DNA from: Candidatus Babelota bacterium
GTDB lineage: Bacteria; Babelota; Babeliae; Babelales; JABDEC01
Direction: 5' to 3'
DNA length: 64,000 bases
Assembly (NCBI GenBank): GCA_013286795.1
Contig: JABDFA010000001.1
Location: forward strand, 104,970 to 168,969
Positions 43,812-54,117 of the stretch are shown in pieces; the stretch's first letter is position 1, and every line of letters begins with the position of its first letter. A model generated the notes under the pieces. The model did no database searches, had not been told where the DNA came from, and saw only the letters and a program-made list of their open reading frames with translations. The position numbers were made by a program, and so were the translations under genes.

Positions 43812-45035
43812 ATGAAATATTTTTATATTGTTTTGTTAACATTGGCCCATTTTCAAATTCATTCACAGGACCAATATGCTATAGTTATAGAACCTGTTGT
43901 TGATCTACTTGGTCAATCTATGAAAAAAACTCATAAAGGACTCGATTATTACCAAAACATACCTGTTAGCTCAGTTAACTCTTTAGACGGAATTTCTTGT
44001 CCTAGAATACATCAGTTATTATTTAATGAGACCGTTAAAGTAATCAACGAAACCGGAAAAGAAGCGTTAATTGAGGTACCCAATATTTTTTATCAAAAAT
44101 ATGGATGCCCAATTAAAAAAAATATATTTTGGATACTCAAAAGTAACTTAGTTTCTCTAAATAAATTAAAAAAATTAAAAATTGATATATCAAAATTTCC
44201 AGAACCTATAGATTTTAAAAAAGATATAAATAATAAAAAAATTATAACTTTAGTTGAACCTTATTATGATAAATCAACCCAAATGACATATTCAGCAGGA
44301 ACAAGATTCGTATATAAAGATGAATCCCCTAACAATTATATTGTTTATATTTTTGATTTTAAAAAATTAGAATTTAAATTAATTGAAATTCCTAAAAATA
44401 TTTGCATATTGAATACGAATAAATCAATAAATAATAAGATAAAAAACTTCATAAAATTATTAAAAAAATGGACCTTATTAGAAAATAGATTCATTCCTTA
44501 TGTATGGGGTGGTTCGAGTTTTTGTAATATATGTTATGATAATACTTTTGATACAATTAATATGAAAAAAAAAGGTCAGCAAATCAATTACTTTCAACTA
44601 CCTTCCTATTTAGATAAAATAAAAACAGGATTTGATTGTTCAGGACTAATATTAAGAGCTGCTCAGATATGTGAAATTCCATTCTATTTCAAAAATACAA
44701 TAACAATGGCCCAAAACTTAGATGTATTATCAAAAACAGATAAAATTGAAAATGGAGACTTAATTTGGATCCCTGGTCACATCATAGCGATAGTTGATGT
44801 TGAAAATAATTTATGTGTAGAAGCTGCTGATTATTCAAGAGGATATGGCAAAGTACAAAAAATAGAATTATATAAAATGTTCAAAGACATAAACAATTTT
44901 AAAGATTTAAAAAGATGTTACTTACGAAAACAAAAAATTAAACGTCTAAATTCTGAAAGTAAAATTATCGCAGAAATACCCTTCAAAATCTTGAAGCTAA
45001 AATCTGCTTGGCGCGAAAATAACAACCCTTCGTAA
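43812..45035 (+). CDS. NlpC/P60 (C40) family cell-wall peptidase with an N-terminal SH3-like region
   Basis: YVWGGSS...GFDCSGLILRAAQ (catalytic Cys), GDLIWIPGHIIAIV (His), and a signal-like N-terminus MKYFYIVLLTLAHFQIHS. Confidence 0.8.
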   Translation: MKYFYIVLLTLAHFQIHSQDQYAIVIEPVVDLLGQSMKKTHKGLDYYQNIPVSSVNSLDGISCPRIHQLLFNETVKVINETGKEALIEVPNIFYQKYGCPIKKNIFWILKSNLVSLNKLKKLKIDISKFPEPIDFKKDINNKKIITLVEPYYDKSTQMTYSAGTRFVYKDESPNNYIVYIFDFKKLEFKLIEIPKNICILNTNKSINNKIKNFIKLLKKWTLLENRFIPYVWGGSSFCNICYDNTFDTINMKKKGQQINYFQLPSYLDKIKTGFDCSGLILRAAQICEIPFYFKNTITMAQNLDVLSKTDKIENGDLIWIPGHIIAIVDVENNLCVEAADYSRGYGKVQKIELYKMFKDINNFKDLKRCYLRKQKIKRLNSESKIIAEIPFKILKLKSAWRENNNPS

Positions 45036-45738
45036 ACCCACTTAATATATATAAAAATGGAATTAGTAAAAAAAAGGGATATCTCAAAAGAATACACAAT
45101 AATCCAACTATTAAAAATGGCAAAATAGCCACTCTAGAAGACTTGTTCTTAAAGGTAGGAAACTTAATTTTTGAGACCATTAAAAAAGAAATTAAAACTA
45201 CAAAAACAAAAAGAACATTTTTTTCAAGCAACAGATGAGCGACTTTATTTTGGCTTATCCAATCATGGTATAATACTATATTAGTTAAAAAAAAAGCTGC
45301 TATAGGTGTAGGCAATCCCAAAAAAAAGTTACTTTGATCTTTTGAAATAATATTAAATTTAGCTAATCTGAACAATCCAGCACAGAGATATACAGCTAAA
45401 ACAATGAATCCCAAAGTTCCAAAATCTTGTAGCTCCCAACTATAAAGTAACACGACTGGTGCAACACAAAAAGATATAGCATCACTTAGAGAATCAAGCT
45501 CCATACCTAAAACTGTGCATGAATTTAAAGCTCTAGCTAATCTACCATCTAATCCATCCATAAAAGCGGCAAGAAGTATACAATAAGCAGCTACTGCATA
45601 TTCAGAATTTAAAGTTTTAAAAACAGACATAAGACCTAAAATTGCATTTGCAAATGTGAAGAAAAACGGTATTAGAAATAGATTTCTTCCAAAACTTATT
45701 ACAATTTTATTTAAAAATCCGTTAATTTTCATACCCAC
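44983..45738 (-). CDS. pssA: CDP-diacylglycerol--serine O-phosphatidyltransferase
   Basis: CDP-alcohol phosphotransferase motif DGLDGRLARALNSCTVLGMELDSLSDAISF (D-G-x2-A-R-x8-G-x3-D-x3-D). Multi-TM, located downstream of psd. Confidence 0.88.
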   Translation of the reverse strand: MGMKINGFLNKIVISFGRNLFLIPFFFTFANAILGLMSVFKTLNSEYAVAAYCILLAAFMDGLDGRLARALNSCTVLGMELDSLSDAISFCVAPVVLLYSWELQDFGTLGFIVLAVYLCAGLFRLAKFNIISKDQSNFFLGLPTPIAAFFLTNIVLYHDWISQNKVAHLLLEKNVLFVFVVLISFLMVSKIKFPTFKNKSSRVAILPFLIVGLLCILLRYPFFLLIPFLYILSGFTKGCYFRAKQILASRF

Positions 45739-46373
45739 CTTGCTAAAACAGTTTGACCACCCTTAACTCTTTGACCAACCTCTATTTCTATTTTAACATT
45801 TTCAGGTAAAAAAACATCCACTCTGGAACCAAATCTGATCATACCAATTTTTTGTCCAGCAAATAACTCTTCTTCTGGTCCCACCCAACAACAGATTCTT
45901 CTTGCTACTATTCCGGCAATTTGTCTAACCAAAATAGTTTTACCATTTTTACATTTAATAAATATATCATTTCTTTCATTGATATCAGAACTTTTTGGAG
46001 CATAGGCAACAATAAATTTCCCTGGTCTATAACAAACTTTTTGAACAACACCTTCTTCAGGTGACCAGTTTACGTGAACATCTAATGGAGACAAAAATAT
46101 AGAAACTTTCTTTTTATATCCTTCAAAATCACCTTCAGAAATATCTACTATTTTCCCATCAGCTGGACAGATCAAAACAGAATTATCTTGTAGTTTTTCA
46201 ATACAAACTCTTTTTGGATTCCTAAAAAAATAGAGACAAAATATAAGTACTGGTATAAACAAAATCAATAAATATTTGTACCAATAAAAAGAAAGGGATA
46301 TCGCTATTAATAGCAATATCCCTATAAATTTACCATCGAACCACAAAAGATTATTTTGTAAAAAATCAATCAT
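45729..46373 (-). CDS. psd: Phosphatidylserine decarboxylase proenzyme (short form)
   Basis: FFRNP.R, SPADG, N.R and the self-cleavage motif FGSRVDVFLP (G-S). 214 aa, with a 10-nt overlap with pssA. Confidence 0.88.
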   Translation of the reverse strand: MIDFLQNNLLWFDGKFIGILLLIAISLSFYWYKYLLILFIPVLIFCLYFFRNPKRVCIEKLQDNSVLICPADGKIVDISEGDFEGYKKKVSIFLSPLDVHVNWSPEEGVVQKVCYRPGKFIVAYAPKSSDINERNDIFIKCKNGKTILVRQIAGIVARRICCWVGPEEELFAGQKIGMIRFGSRVDVFLPENVKIEIEVGQRVKGGQTVLARWV

Positions 46374-46405
46374 TTTATATCAATTCGATTAATTAATTAT
46401 CTATA

Positions 46406-48184
46406 TTAAACCCAAACGTATCGAGCTCCATCTTCTTTATTTTCTTTTTCTTCTTTCTCACTTTTTTCATCAGCATCTTTCTTTCTAGAATCCCTTAAAG
46501 GGTTATGCCCATCACCCTTTGGTGCAGGAGCAGGAGCTGGTGCAGCAGGCGTTGGCTTAGAATCATTCAAAGCTTCGTCTAATCCTTTGATGATATATTC
46601 CATACTGCCCTGCCACGCTTCAAGTCTTTCAAGATCTTCTTTTAGACTATCATTTTCTTCAAAAACTTTTCTTTCTTTCTTTTCTTGTTTTCTACGATAA
46701 TGTTCATCATCCTCATCTTCTGCATATGGATTAAATTTATTATTCAATTTAAGAATTATAGCAAGATCTTCCCCTATTGCTTTAACTCGATCATAAGCTT
46801 CAATGATCGATTGTAAATGATCTGCACGAGGTTCCTCGGTGAGAATTAATAAAGCAGATCTTGATTTTCTAACAACTTTATCTAAAGCATCAAAATCTGT
46901 TCTAAACTTTGCTCTTAAATCTCTTGTTTCCTTAATCTTCTTTAAAACCTTTTCACAATTTTCTTTAGCTTTCAAAACAAAGTTTTCATCTTTTTTATTG
47001 TCTTTTTTCTGATCGCCAGAAAGAGGTTTTAGCTGAGCGCTAACGATTTCTCTAATCGCCATCAAACGACCATATATCTTTTGAATTTCAAAATAAACTG
47101 AAGCAGCTTTTTTGCATATACCCTTACAGTTTGCTTCTTTATCCATAAACCAAGATAAGGGTTGATTTCCACACATCCAATCAATCATCCCTGATTCTTC
47201 AGGAACAGAAGGCAAGTAAGACAAAATACCCGTACCAATTTTAGAACGCAACTTATGATCATTAAATTTACGAGTAAAGATATCTTTCAAAGCATCAAGT
47301 TTATCTTCTCTAAAAAATCTCATACCACTTACAACTGTCTTACCTGTAAATCTATTAGCATCTGCGCCTCTATTAAGATCATCTTGTAGTTCATCCTTAA
47401 AAATCTCGAGGAGCTCTTCTTCAAAGATATCAATACAGTTACCTCCCACCAAATCATTTAAGGTATCTTGCATTTCTTCAAGCTTTTCTAACTCAGATTC
47501 CATCTGATCTTGAATAACTCTCAAAGTTTCTTGTGTTAAAACATCTGGTTTGTCTTTTTCAAAAACAGGAAATACTATTTTATTACCTTTACTAAGTAAA
47601 TAAAGTTTGCCATCAATCTTTGCATCACTAACTAAACATTTTAAAACTTCATTATCTTTAGCTGGTTTATCTTTAAATGCATCTACAATGTTGCCATTTC
47701 TAAAGAACCTTCCATCTTCATCATAATTTTTTCTCCATCCCCAGAAATGCCATTTTTTAGAAATTTCTTCAGGTTTTTTTCTATCACTAGCCTTAACGAC
47801 TTTGTTATCATAAGACTCTTCAATTTCTTCTAAGGCTTTAATTGCACTATTTCTTGAATAGATTTTATATAAAATTCCAGCAGCGCCTATTCCAGCTGCT
47901 CCAAATAATTTTGTATAGGTACCAAATTCTTTAATATAATTTTTTGTTGCAATAGCTTTGTTCCAAAGAAAAGCTCTTTTATACCCAGCAAGACCAAGAG
48001 CTGTTCCAGCTATTATAGTTTTTTTAACCTTGCCTTCAGACTCCCAAAACTTTTTAACGGAGCCTGTTATAACATCTACCGTACCTGAACCTAATTTTTT
48101 AAACCCACGAGTAACTTCAGCTGAATTTATTGATCCAACAACAAGAAAAGAAAATAAGAATAATGATTTTGTTTGAATTTTCAT
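46406..48184 (-). CDS. Large exported/membrane hypothetical protein with an acidic and Pro-Ala-rich C-terminus
   Basis: The ATG at 48184 is preceded by GGAG (leader MKIQTKSLFLFSFLVVGSINSAE); the track start at 48199 has no RBS. Two further hydrophobic segments, long helical regions, and TPAAPAPAPAPKGD near the end. Confidence 0.55.
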   Translation of the reverse strand: MKIQTKSLFLFSFLVVGSINSAEVTRGFKKLGSGTVDVITGSVKKFWESEGKVKKTIIAGTALGLAGYKRAFLWNKAIATKNYIKEFGTYTKLFGAAGIGAAGILYKIYSRNSAIKALEEIEESYDNKVVKASDRKKPEEISKKWHFWGWRKNYDEDGRFFRNGNIVDAFKDKPAKDNEVLKCLVSDAKIDGKLYLLSKGNKIVFPVFEKDKPDVLTQETLRVIQDQMESELEKLEEMQDTLNDLVGGNCIDIFEEELLEIFKDELQDDLNRGADANRFTGKTVVSGMRFFREDKLDALKDIFTRKFNDHKLRSKIGTGILSYLPSVPEESGMIDWMCGNQPLSWFMDKEANCKGICKKAASVYFEIQKIYGRLMAIREIVSAQLKPLSGDQKKDNKKDENFVLKAKENCEKVLKKIKETRDLRAKFRTDFDALDKVVRKSRSALLILTEEPRADHLQSIIEAYDRVKAIGEDLAIILKLNNKFNPYAEDEDDEHYRRKQEKKERKVFEENDSLKEDLERLEAWQGSMEYIIKGLDEALNDSKPTPAAPAPAPAPKGDGHNPLRDSRKKDADEKSEKEEKENKEDGARYVWV

Positions 48185-48316
48185 AAGACTCCAAAACATT
48201 GAACATTTCTATTAAATAATTAGATAAAAATAGACCCTACATGCTCAATAATACTACATTTATAATAAAAGACAATAAGAAAAAATTTGCTTGCCCTACG
48301 AAGCCTTGGCGAAGTA

Positions 48317-48393
48317 TGGTGCGTCCGACAGGGATCGAACCTGCGGCCTGCAGATTAGGAATCTACCGCTCTATCCAACTGAGCTACGGACGC
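48317..48393 (-). tRNA. tRNA-Arg (anticodon CCT), CCA encoded
   Basis: The minus strand reads GCGTCCG-TA-GCTC-AGTTGGATA-GAGC-G-GTAGA-TTCCTAA-TCTGC-AGGCC-GCAGG-TTCGATC-CCTGT-CGGACGC-A-CCA. This is a full cloverleaf with a GTTCGATCC T-arm. Confidence 0.93.
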
Positions 48394-48556
48394 AAAAAAT
48401 TTATTTAATTTTCCTATGCAAATTAAATAATAAATTTATATAATATCAAAAACATCAAGAATCCTGCTGGTCATTTGTTTCACAAGTGACTGGCCCTACT
48501 ACGCTACTAACGTAGCTACGAAGGGCTGGCCTGCCATACGAAGCCTTGGCGAAGTA

Positions 48557-48632
<76 letters not shown>

Positions 48633-48676
48633 ATGGTAATATATTTTATATTAAATAGAGGAGAAAAAGTAGTACA

Positions 48677-49174
48677 ATGTTAAAAAATATTAAAAAATTT
48701 AGCTTCTTCCAAGCTTTTTCAATCGCATTATTTCTCTTTGCAATATCAACACCCGAGACAAGCTGCAATAATGCACAAGTGAATTTAAAAGCATCTGAAA
48801 AAAATGATTCTAAAGAAAATTATGTATTGGAAAAAATTAAAATAATAGAAGAACAAATTTCTCAAACTAAAGAATTTATAAAAGATCAAAGTGAAGTAAA
48901 AAAAATAAATCAAATTCAAAAAGAAATTGGGAATTTAAAATTAGATTGCGAAAAACAACAATCTTCAACCGCCATGTTTATTCTAGGGCCCTTAGAAACT
49001 GTATATTCTGTAGCCAAAGATAGAGATTTTAAATATAAATTATTACAAGTAAGTAATAAATTGACAGCTGTTCTAGAATTCAAAGATGGAATTATAAAAA
49101 AAGAAGTCTCTTCTAATTTAAATAAAAGTATTAAAAGAAATGGGGAACTTATTATAAAATTAACAAAAAAGTAA
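48677..49174 (+). CDS. Hypothetical exported protein (165 aa)
   Basis: Signal-like MLKNIKKFSFFQAFSIALFLFAISTPETS and a K/E-rich body. No family recognised. Confidence 0.5.
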   Translation: MLKNIKKFSFFQAFSIALFLFAISTPETSCNNAQVNLKASEKNDSKENYVLEKIKIIEEQISQTKEFIKDQSEVKKINQIQKEIGNLKLDCEKQQSSTAMFILGPLETVYSVAKDRDFKYKLLQVSNKLTAVLEFKDGIIKKEVSSNLNKSIKRNGELIIKLTKK

Positions 49175-49242
49175 AAGATTATTGTATAATAGGTAATAAT
49201 ATTTATATTATATGAATAAACTTTCTATAGGGGATATTACTT

Positions 49243-51615
49243 ATGAATAAACTTTCTATAATTTTAAGTATCTTTATAGCTTTTTTCATAAATATAATAA
49301 GATCACAAGAATTTGAAGAGAAACTAATTCAAGAAGCAATGAGGTTAAGTTTAGAAACAGCTGAACAAGAGCAAAAATCACGCGAAAAAATCGAACAAAG
49401 TCGTCTTGAGTCTATTGAAAATCAAAGAAGATTGTTTGAAAAATTATCACAGCTTAAAAAACCACAAACAGACATCGAAAAAAGTAGAAGATTGCAAGAA
49501 GAAAAGGTTATAGAAGAGAGCAGACATGCTGCAATTGCAAAGCAACAAAAATTACTTGATAAATTTAGGGGCAATAAAAGCAAGCTAGATCAGTTGGCTT
49601 CTGCAGACAAAGATAACAAACCTTTACAAGAAATCGCACAAACTTTTTCAACATTAGCCGAAGACAAAGAGGCCGAAGAAGCAAAATTAAATTATGAAAC
49701 AGAACAAGCACTGCAACAAAGTATAGCCCTAGAAGCAGCAAAACTAGAAATTCAAATGGATGAGGCCGCTAAAAAGCAAAAAGGTATTGAGATAAAACCT
49801 AAAGCTGTCAGTCAAAAAAAAGAACCTGCATCCCCTAAACCCCTACTAAATCTTATCATTACATTAGACGATACAGAAACGTATGACAAACCAATTATAA
49901 CTGGTGAACTTGCAGTTGCTTGTTGCCAAGCCCAAAACCCAATAATTACATTAGGCTATAGTCTACGAGTGTTATTAGATTGGCAACAAAATGATGAATA
50001 TTTAAGAAATAAACCTTTAATTTCAGATGAAATATGGAATTATTATAAAGTACAAAACAGTGATTTCTATCTGCTTATACCAAAAGAATATTCAAGAGAG
50101 ATTTATTATAATTTCAGACCCTTAGATTTCAAAATCGATCATGGAGACCTGGATCCATATGAAGCCCTAATAGGTTTTAAAATCAATACTGAATCAATAT
50201 TAAAAAAAATTACAGCGGATGAAATTAAAAAAACAGTCAATCTAGAATCTTATAATAGAGACATTAAAATTGAACCTTTATCTAATATTTTTGTTCATGG
50301 TCAAGATGATTTCTTTAGACTTTGGAATATTTATTTAACTGGACATGGGGTAGCTGCCAAAAAAATATCTGATATTTCTGATAAAACATATTCAAATTTT
50401 GTAAAAGAAGTAGATATTAAAAATGCAAGAATATGTAATTTATCTATAGAAGAATTTAGAAAACTAATATCATTTTTTAATGAAAAAATAAGAGTTAACT
50501 TTTTTTATTATGTATCTTGCTATGCTGGTGGATATAATAGAATATTGCCCTATATAACAAATATTATTAATTCTAGAGGTAATATTACAAGTAATAACAA
50601 GCCAAAATTTACAATAGCAACAAATTCAACAACCGATGCAGTAGTTCCTATTTTTTTTAATCTATCAAAACAATGCGTCAAAAAACCTAATCAAATAGAA
50701 AAGGGATTTTTTGATTATTTAACATTTTTTGATCAATTATATCAACTTAGCTCTGGTATAAAATCAACTATTTTTAATGATGAAGAGTTAAAAAAAATAT
50801 TAGCGCCAATATCTTTTATGGGAGAATTAGCCAAAGAAGCAATTCCTCTAGAATCTTTACCTCAAGTAATGTCACCTGAAACCGAAGTATTTAGAGTAGT
50901 GCCTCTTGAAAGTGACATTGAAATCATATCAAATGTATCTTTAAATAAAAATATTTTAGAAAAAAAACCAATAAATTCAGAAAATAAGCGTGCTATTTTA
51001 ATATATCCACAAGATATTCCTATAGAAATTAACATAAAATGTAAAGCATTTGATAATTTTCCTATTATAATTTCTATGACCCCAGGAATTGGACTAACAA
51101 AATTGGAAAGCTTAAATATAAATACCAGCTTAACAAATTTGATAAAGTCACTAACTTATGGAAAATCAGTTTTCGAAAAATATTTTTATATCAAAAAATT
51201 AAATATTATTAATGAGCTCAGAGGACTCTCTGATATTGGAAGAAAAACTAATTTATACAATGTCTTATTTTATATTAAATATAATAAACCTAGAGTTTAC
51301 AGAAGAGAAGCGCTACCTGAAGATATATCCGCATTTGTTATTTTTGTAGATGATAATAATGACATGTATTTCTTTGATTTTAAAACCAATAGGTTAAAAA
51401 AAATAAAACAAGTAAATAAAAAACTTGAATTTCCTAATATGCTGGTTCCATATTTTACTTCAAAAGAAGGGCCTTATGCACTTGTAAGTAATCAAATAGA
51501 AGATATAAATAAAGCATTTAATTTCAAAGCCCTAGTAAGAACTTTATCAACTAAAGATGAATTTGATTATATAGAAAAATTGGTTAAATATATTGAAGAC
51601 ACACTAGAGAGTTAA
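49243..51615 (+). CDS. Large exported protein with two N-terminal UIM-like motifs and a central clan-CD (legumain/caspase-like) His-Gly...Cys dyad candidate
   Basis: Leader MNKLSIILSIFIAFFINIIRS. EEKLIQEAMRLSLETAEQE (aa 25-43) and ETEQALQQSIALEAAK (aa 152-167) fit the UIM core acidic-x-hydrophobic-x2-A-x3-S-x2-acidic. FRLWNIYLTGHG (His368, nt 50344-50346) and VNFFYYVSCYAGG (Cys426, nt 50518-50520) resemble legumain IYFTDHG / FYIEACESG. Confidence 0.6.
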   Translation: MNKLSIILSIFIAFFINIIRSQEFEEKLIQEAMRLSLETAEQEQKSREKIEQSRLESIENQRRLFEKLSQLKKPQTDIEKSRRLQEEKVIEESRHAAIAKQQKLLDKFRGNKSKLDQLASADKDNKPLQEIAQTFSTLAEDKEAEEAKLNYETEQALQQSIALEAAKLEIQMDEAAKKQKGIEIKPKAVSQKKEPASPKPLLNLIITLDDTETYDKPIITGELAVACCQAQNPIITLGYSLRVLLDWQQNDEYLRNKPLISDEIWNYYKVQNSDFYLLIPKEYSREIYYNFRPLDFKIDHGDLDPYEALIGFKINTESILKKITADEIKKTVNLESYNRDIKIEPLSNIFVHGQDDFFRLWNIYLTGHGVAAKKISDISDKTYSNFVKEVDIKNARICNLSIEEFRKLISFFNEKIRVNFFYYVSCYAGGYNRILPYITNIINSRGNITSNNKPKFTIATNSTTDAVVPIFFNLSKQCVKKPNQIEKGFFDYLTFFDQLYQLSSGIKSTIFNDEELKKILAPISFMGELAKEAIPLESLPQVMSPETEVFRVVPLESDIEIISNVSLNKNILEKKPINSENKRAILIYPQDIPIEINIKCKAFDNFPIIISMTPGIGLTKLESLNINTSLTNLIKSLTYGKSVFEKYFYIKKLNIINELRGLSDIGRKTNLYNVLFYIKYNKPRVYRREALPEDISAFVIFVDDNNDMYFFDFKTNRLKKIKQVNKKLEFPNMLVPYFTSKEGPYALVSNQIEDINKAFNFKALVRTLSTKDEFDYIEKLVKYIEDTLES

Positions 51616-52340
51616 ATTTTTTGAAAATAAGCTAAAAACTCCTTGTTGCCGGATGATCCAAGTATAGGTGAATCTGTATAACCAATAAGCTTAAAGTCAG
51701 ATTTAGCTATACCTTCGGTCACTCGCTTTATCACTTCAGTATGAATTCTAGGATCGCTTACAATTCCACCTCTGCCAACCTGTTCTCTTCCTGCTTCAAA
51801 TTGTGGTTTTATCAGAACTATCAATAATCCATTATCTTTTAATAAATTATAAACACTTTGTATAACTTTTAAAATAGATATAAATGAAAGATCTAAAGTT
51901 ATCAGATCAACTTTTTCTGGCAAATTTTCAAGTTCACGTAAATTAGTTCGTTCATATAAAATTACTCGCGAATCATTTCTAATTTTTTCATGTACTTGGC
52001 CATATCCAACATCAACACCATAGATTTTATTAACACCATGTTGTAAAAGACAATCAGAAAATCCACCTGTTGATATACCAGCATCCATAACAATCAAATC
52101 TTTTACGTTTATATTAAAATGATTTAAAGCCTTTTCTAACTTAAATCCCGCCCTGCTGACATATTTAGGCTCCTCAAAATCAAAATTCAATATAGCATCT
52201 TCTTTGAACAATGACCCAGCTTTAGTAATAACAACCCCATCTACTTTAACTTTTCCCTGAACAATCAAACTTGAAATCTTGTTTCTACTAATCTGTGGAA
52301 AATTATCTTTAAGCAATTGATCCAGTCTCTTTTTTGCCAT
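51612..52340 (-). CDS. tlyA: TlyA-family rRNA 2'-O-methyltransferase (S4 domain plus FtsJ-like MTase)
   Basis: KKRLDQLL..... SR.K...LI..G.V.V.G (S4 domain). VSRAGFKLEKAL, the SAM motif VMDAGISTGGFSDCLLQHG, and LDLSFISL-like LITLDLSFISILKV. Confidence 0.88.
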   Translation of the reverse strand: MAKKRLDQLLKDNFPQISRNKISSLIVQGKVKVDGVVITKAGSLFKEDAILNFDFEEPKYVSRAGFKLEKALNHFNINVKDLIVMDAGISTGGFSDCLLQHGVNKIYGVDVGYGQVHEKIRNDSRVILYERTNLRELENLPEKVDLITLDLSFISILKVIQSVYNLLKDNGLLIVLIKPQFEAGREQVGRGGIVSDPRIHTEVIKRVTEGIAKSDFKLIGYTDSPILGSSGNKEFLAYFQKI

Positions 52341-53970
52341 TCTTCTCTAACTGTTTTTTTATTAATGCTTGTACTTCTTGTGATAATGGATATTTATAAA
52401 CTTGTGATAACTTAATCTCATCTTGCAAAACTTTTTCAAAAGGCAATACGGTCAAAACATCATCAAACGTTTTTATAATTAAAAAATTAGTAAGAGAGCT
52501 TTTATTTATAGCTTTTTTAAAATCTTGCAAGGTTTTGACTTCTATATCATTGATTTTTTTAATTCTTTTACCAGGCGCAATGCTACGAGATCTATATGCC
52601 TGCGAATCAGGTAAAACATGGGATATAACAAGCACAGGTTCAATCTGATTTTTTATTTCTTCATAAATAATTAAATCAGGAGAATGTGTAATTAACAATG
52701 GAAGGTGATTCAATGATAATTGCATCACTACAATACCACCTATAACAGTATAATCTATTTTTTCATAATCTGGATACATAACTCTAATCTCAGGCAGTTT
52801 AGATTGAGTAAAGTTAAAATTAAATTCTTTACGTTTGCCATTTCTATATACTACAAGTTTTATTTTAGAACCTAATGGTATTAAAGAAATATACTCAACT
52901 AAAGACATTTTATCTTCACAACCTTCAATATATACTTCCCCATATGCATCAACTGTATTTTCATTGATTTCATATATCATATCTCCAGCTTGCACTCCGG
53001 CTTTATCAAGTATGCTATCCTTAAATACATCTGTAAGATAGCTGCCACCAGGTTCAGGATTGTTTAAAAATTTAGTAATTATTTTTGCACTTCCAGGATT
53101 AATAAATACCCCCATGAAAGGTTTTCGCAAAACTTTGTCTACTGGAGGATTTTGAATATCTTTTAAAATAAGTTTTAACTCATTTATGGGTATTATATAT
53201 CCAACATTTTGAGCAGATGGTATCCCTGCAGTAGAAATACCTATTACTTGACCTAATTTATCTAATACAGGACCACCGGAATTTCCAGGATTGATTGCAG
53301 CATCAATTTGAATAAATTGGCGCCTCATAACACTTTCACGTCCACTGACCACACCCTTTGTACTTTTCAATGACATCATTCCTAAAGGATATCCTAAGGC
53401 AACAACCTCATCTGTCCTACGAACCGAATCTGAATTTCCAAAAGTTAAAAATGGTATTTTACCTAATTCCTTTTTTACTGTTTCAATTTCTGAATCTTGA
53501 ATTTTCAAAAGAGCTATATCTCTGACTGGATCAACTCCTACTACTTCTACATCTACAAGCTCTTTGCCCATTGAAGGAATCTGTATACTTATAACTCGAG
53601 CCTGATTAATTACATGAAAATTTGTTATTAAATATCCTTTATCATTAATAAAGAAACCAGAACCGGAACCTCCCAACTGATTTGGGGTTTTATATGGTTC
53701 TAACCAATTAAATTCTGCAACCTGAGAAAAAACTTGTACAACAGTATCCTTAATTTTAGGTTGTATTTGCGCCCAAGAAAGTTTTTCTGTAGAACATATA
53801 GTTTCATTTTGATCTTTGGAAGATTGATCAGAAATTGCTTCTAAAGATTGATTAGATTTCATGACTTCAAGTAAATTTTTCTGTCCTTGGTATAATCTAT
53901 AAACTGAAAAACCTAAAAAGAAAAATAAAGATGTTATAATTGCTAAAATTACACCACGTATCTCGTTCAT
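52309..53970 (-). CDS. Membrane-anchored S1C (HtrA/DegP-like) serine protease with PDZ-like C-terminal domains
   Basis: N-terminal TM helix. Catalytic contexts TNFHVI (His), DIALLKI (Asp) and GNSGGPVLD (Ser). ~250 aa of C-terminal PDZ-like sequence. Confidence 0.85.
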   Translation of the reverse strand: MNEIRGVILAIITSLFFFLGFSVYRLYQGQKNLLEVMKSNQSLEAISDQSSKDQNETICSTEKLSWAQIQPKIKDTVVQVFSQVAEFNWLEPYKTPNQLGGSGSGFFINDKGYLITNFHVINQARVISIQIPSMGKELVDVEVVGVDPVRDIALLKIQDSEIETVKKELGKIPFLTFGNSDSVRRTDEVVALGYPLGMMSLKSTKGVVSGRESVMRRQFIQIDAAINPGNSGGPVLDKLGQVIGISTAGIPSAQNVGYIIPINELKLILKDIQNPPVDKVLRKPFMGVFINPGSAKIITKFLNNPEPGGSYLTDVFKDSILDKAGVQAGDMIYEINENTVDAYGEVYIEGCEDKMSLVEYISLIPLGSKIKLVVYRNGKRKEFNFNFTQSKLPEIRVMYPDYEKIDYTVIGGIVVMQLSLNHLPLLITHSPDLIIYEEIKNQIEPVLVISHVLPDSQAYRSRSIAPGKRIKKINDIEVKTLQDFKKAINKSSLTNFLIIKTFDDVLTVLPFEKVLQDEIKLSQVYKYPLSQEVQALIKKQLEKNGKKETGSIA

Positions 53971-54117
53971 TATACAAAGCCTTTCAATAGTCTTAATTTG
54001 TAGATCTTATCACTAGTTTAATAAAATATAAAAAAAATAATAGATCTTAAGTGTTGACAATATAATTTAGTTCTTAATATTTTGGATTAATAAATATTTT
54101 AAAATAAAAGGATTATA

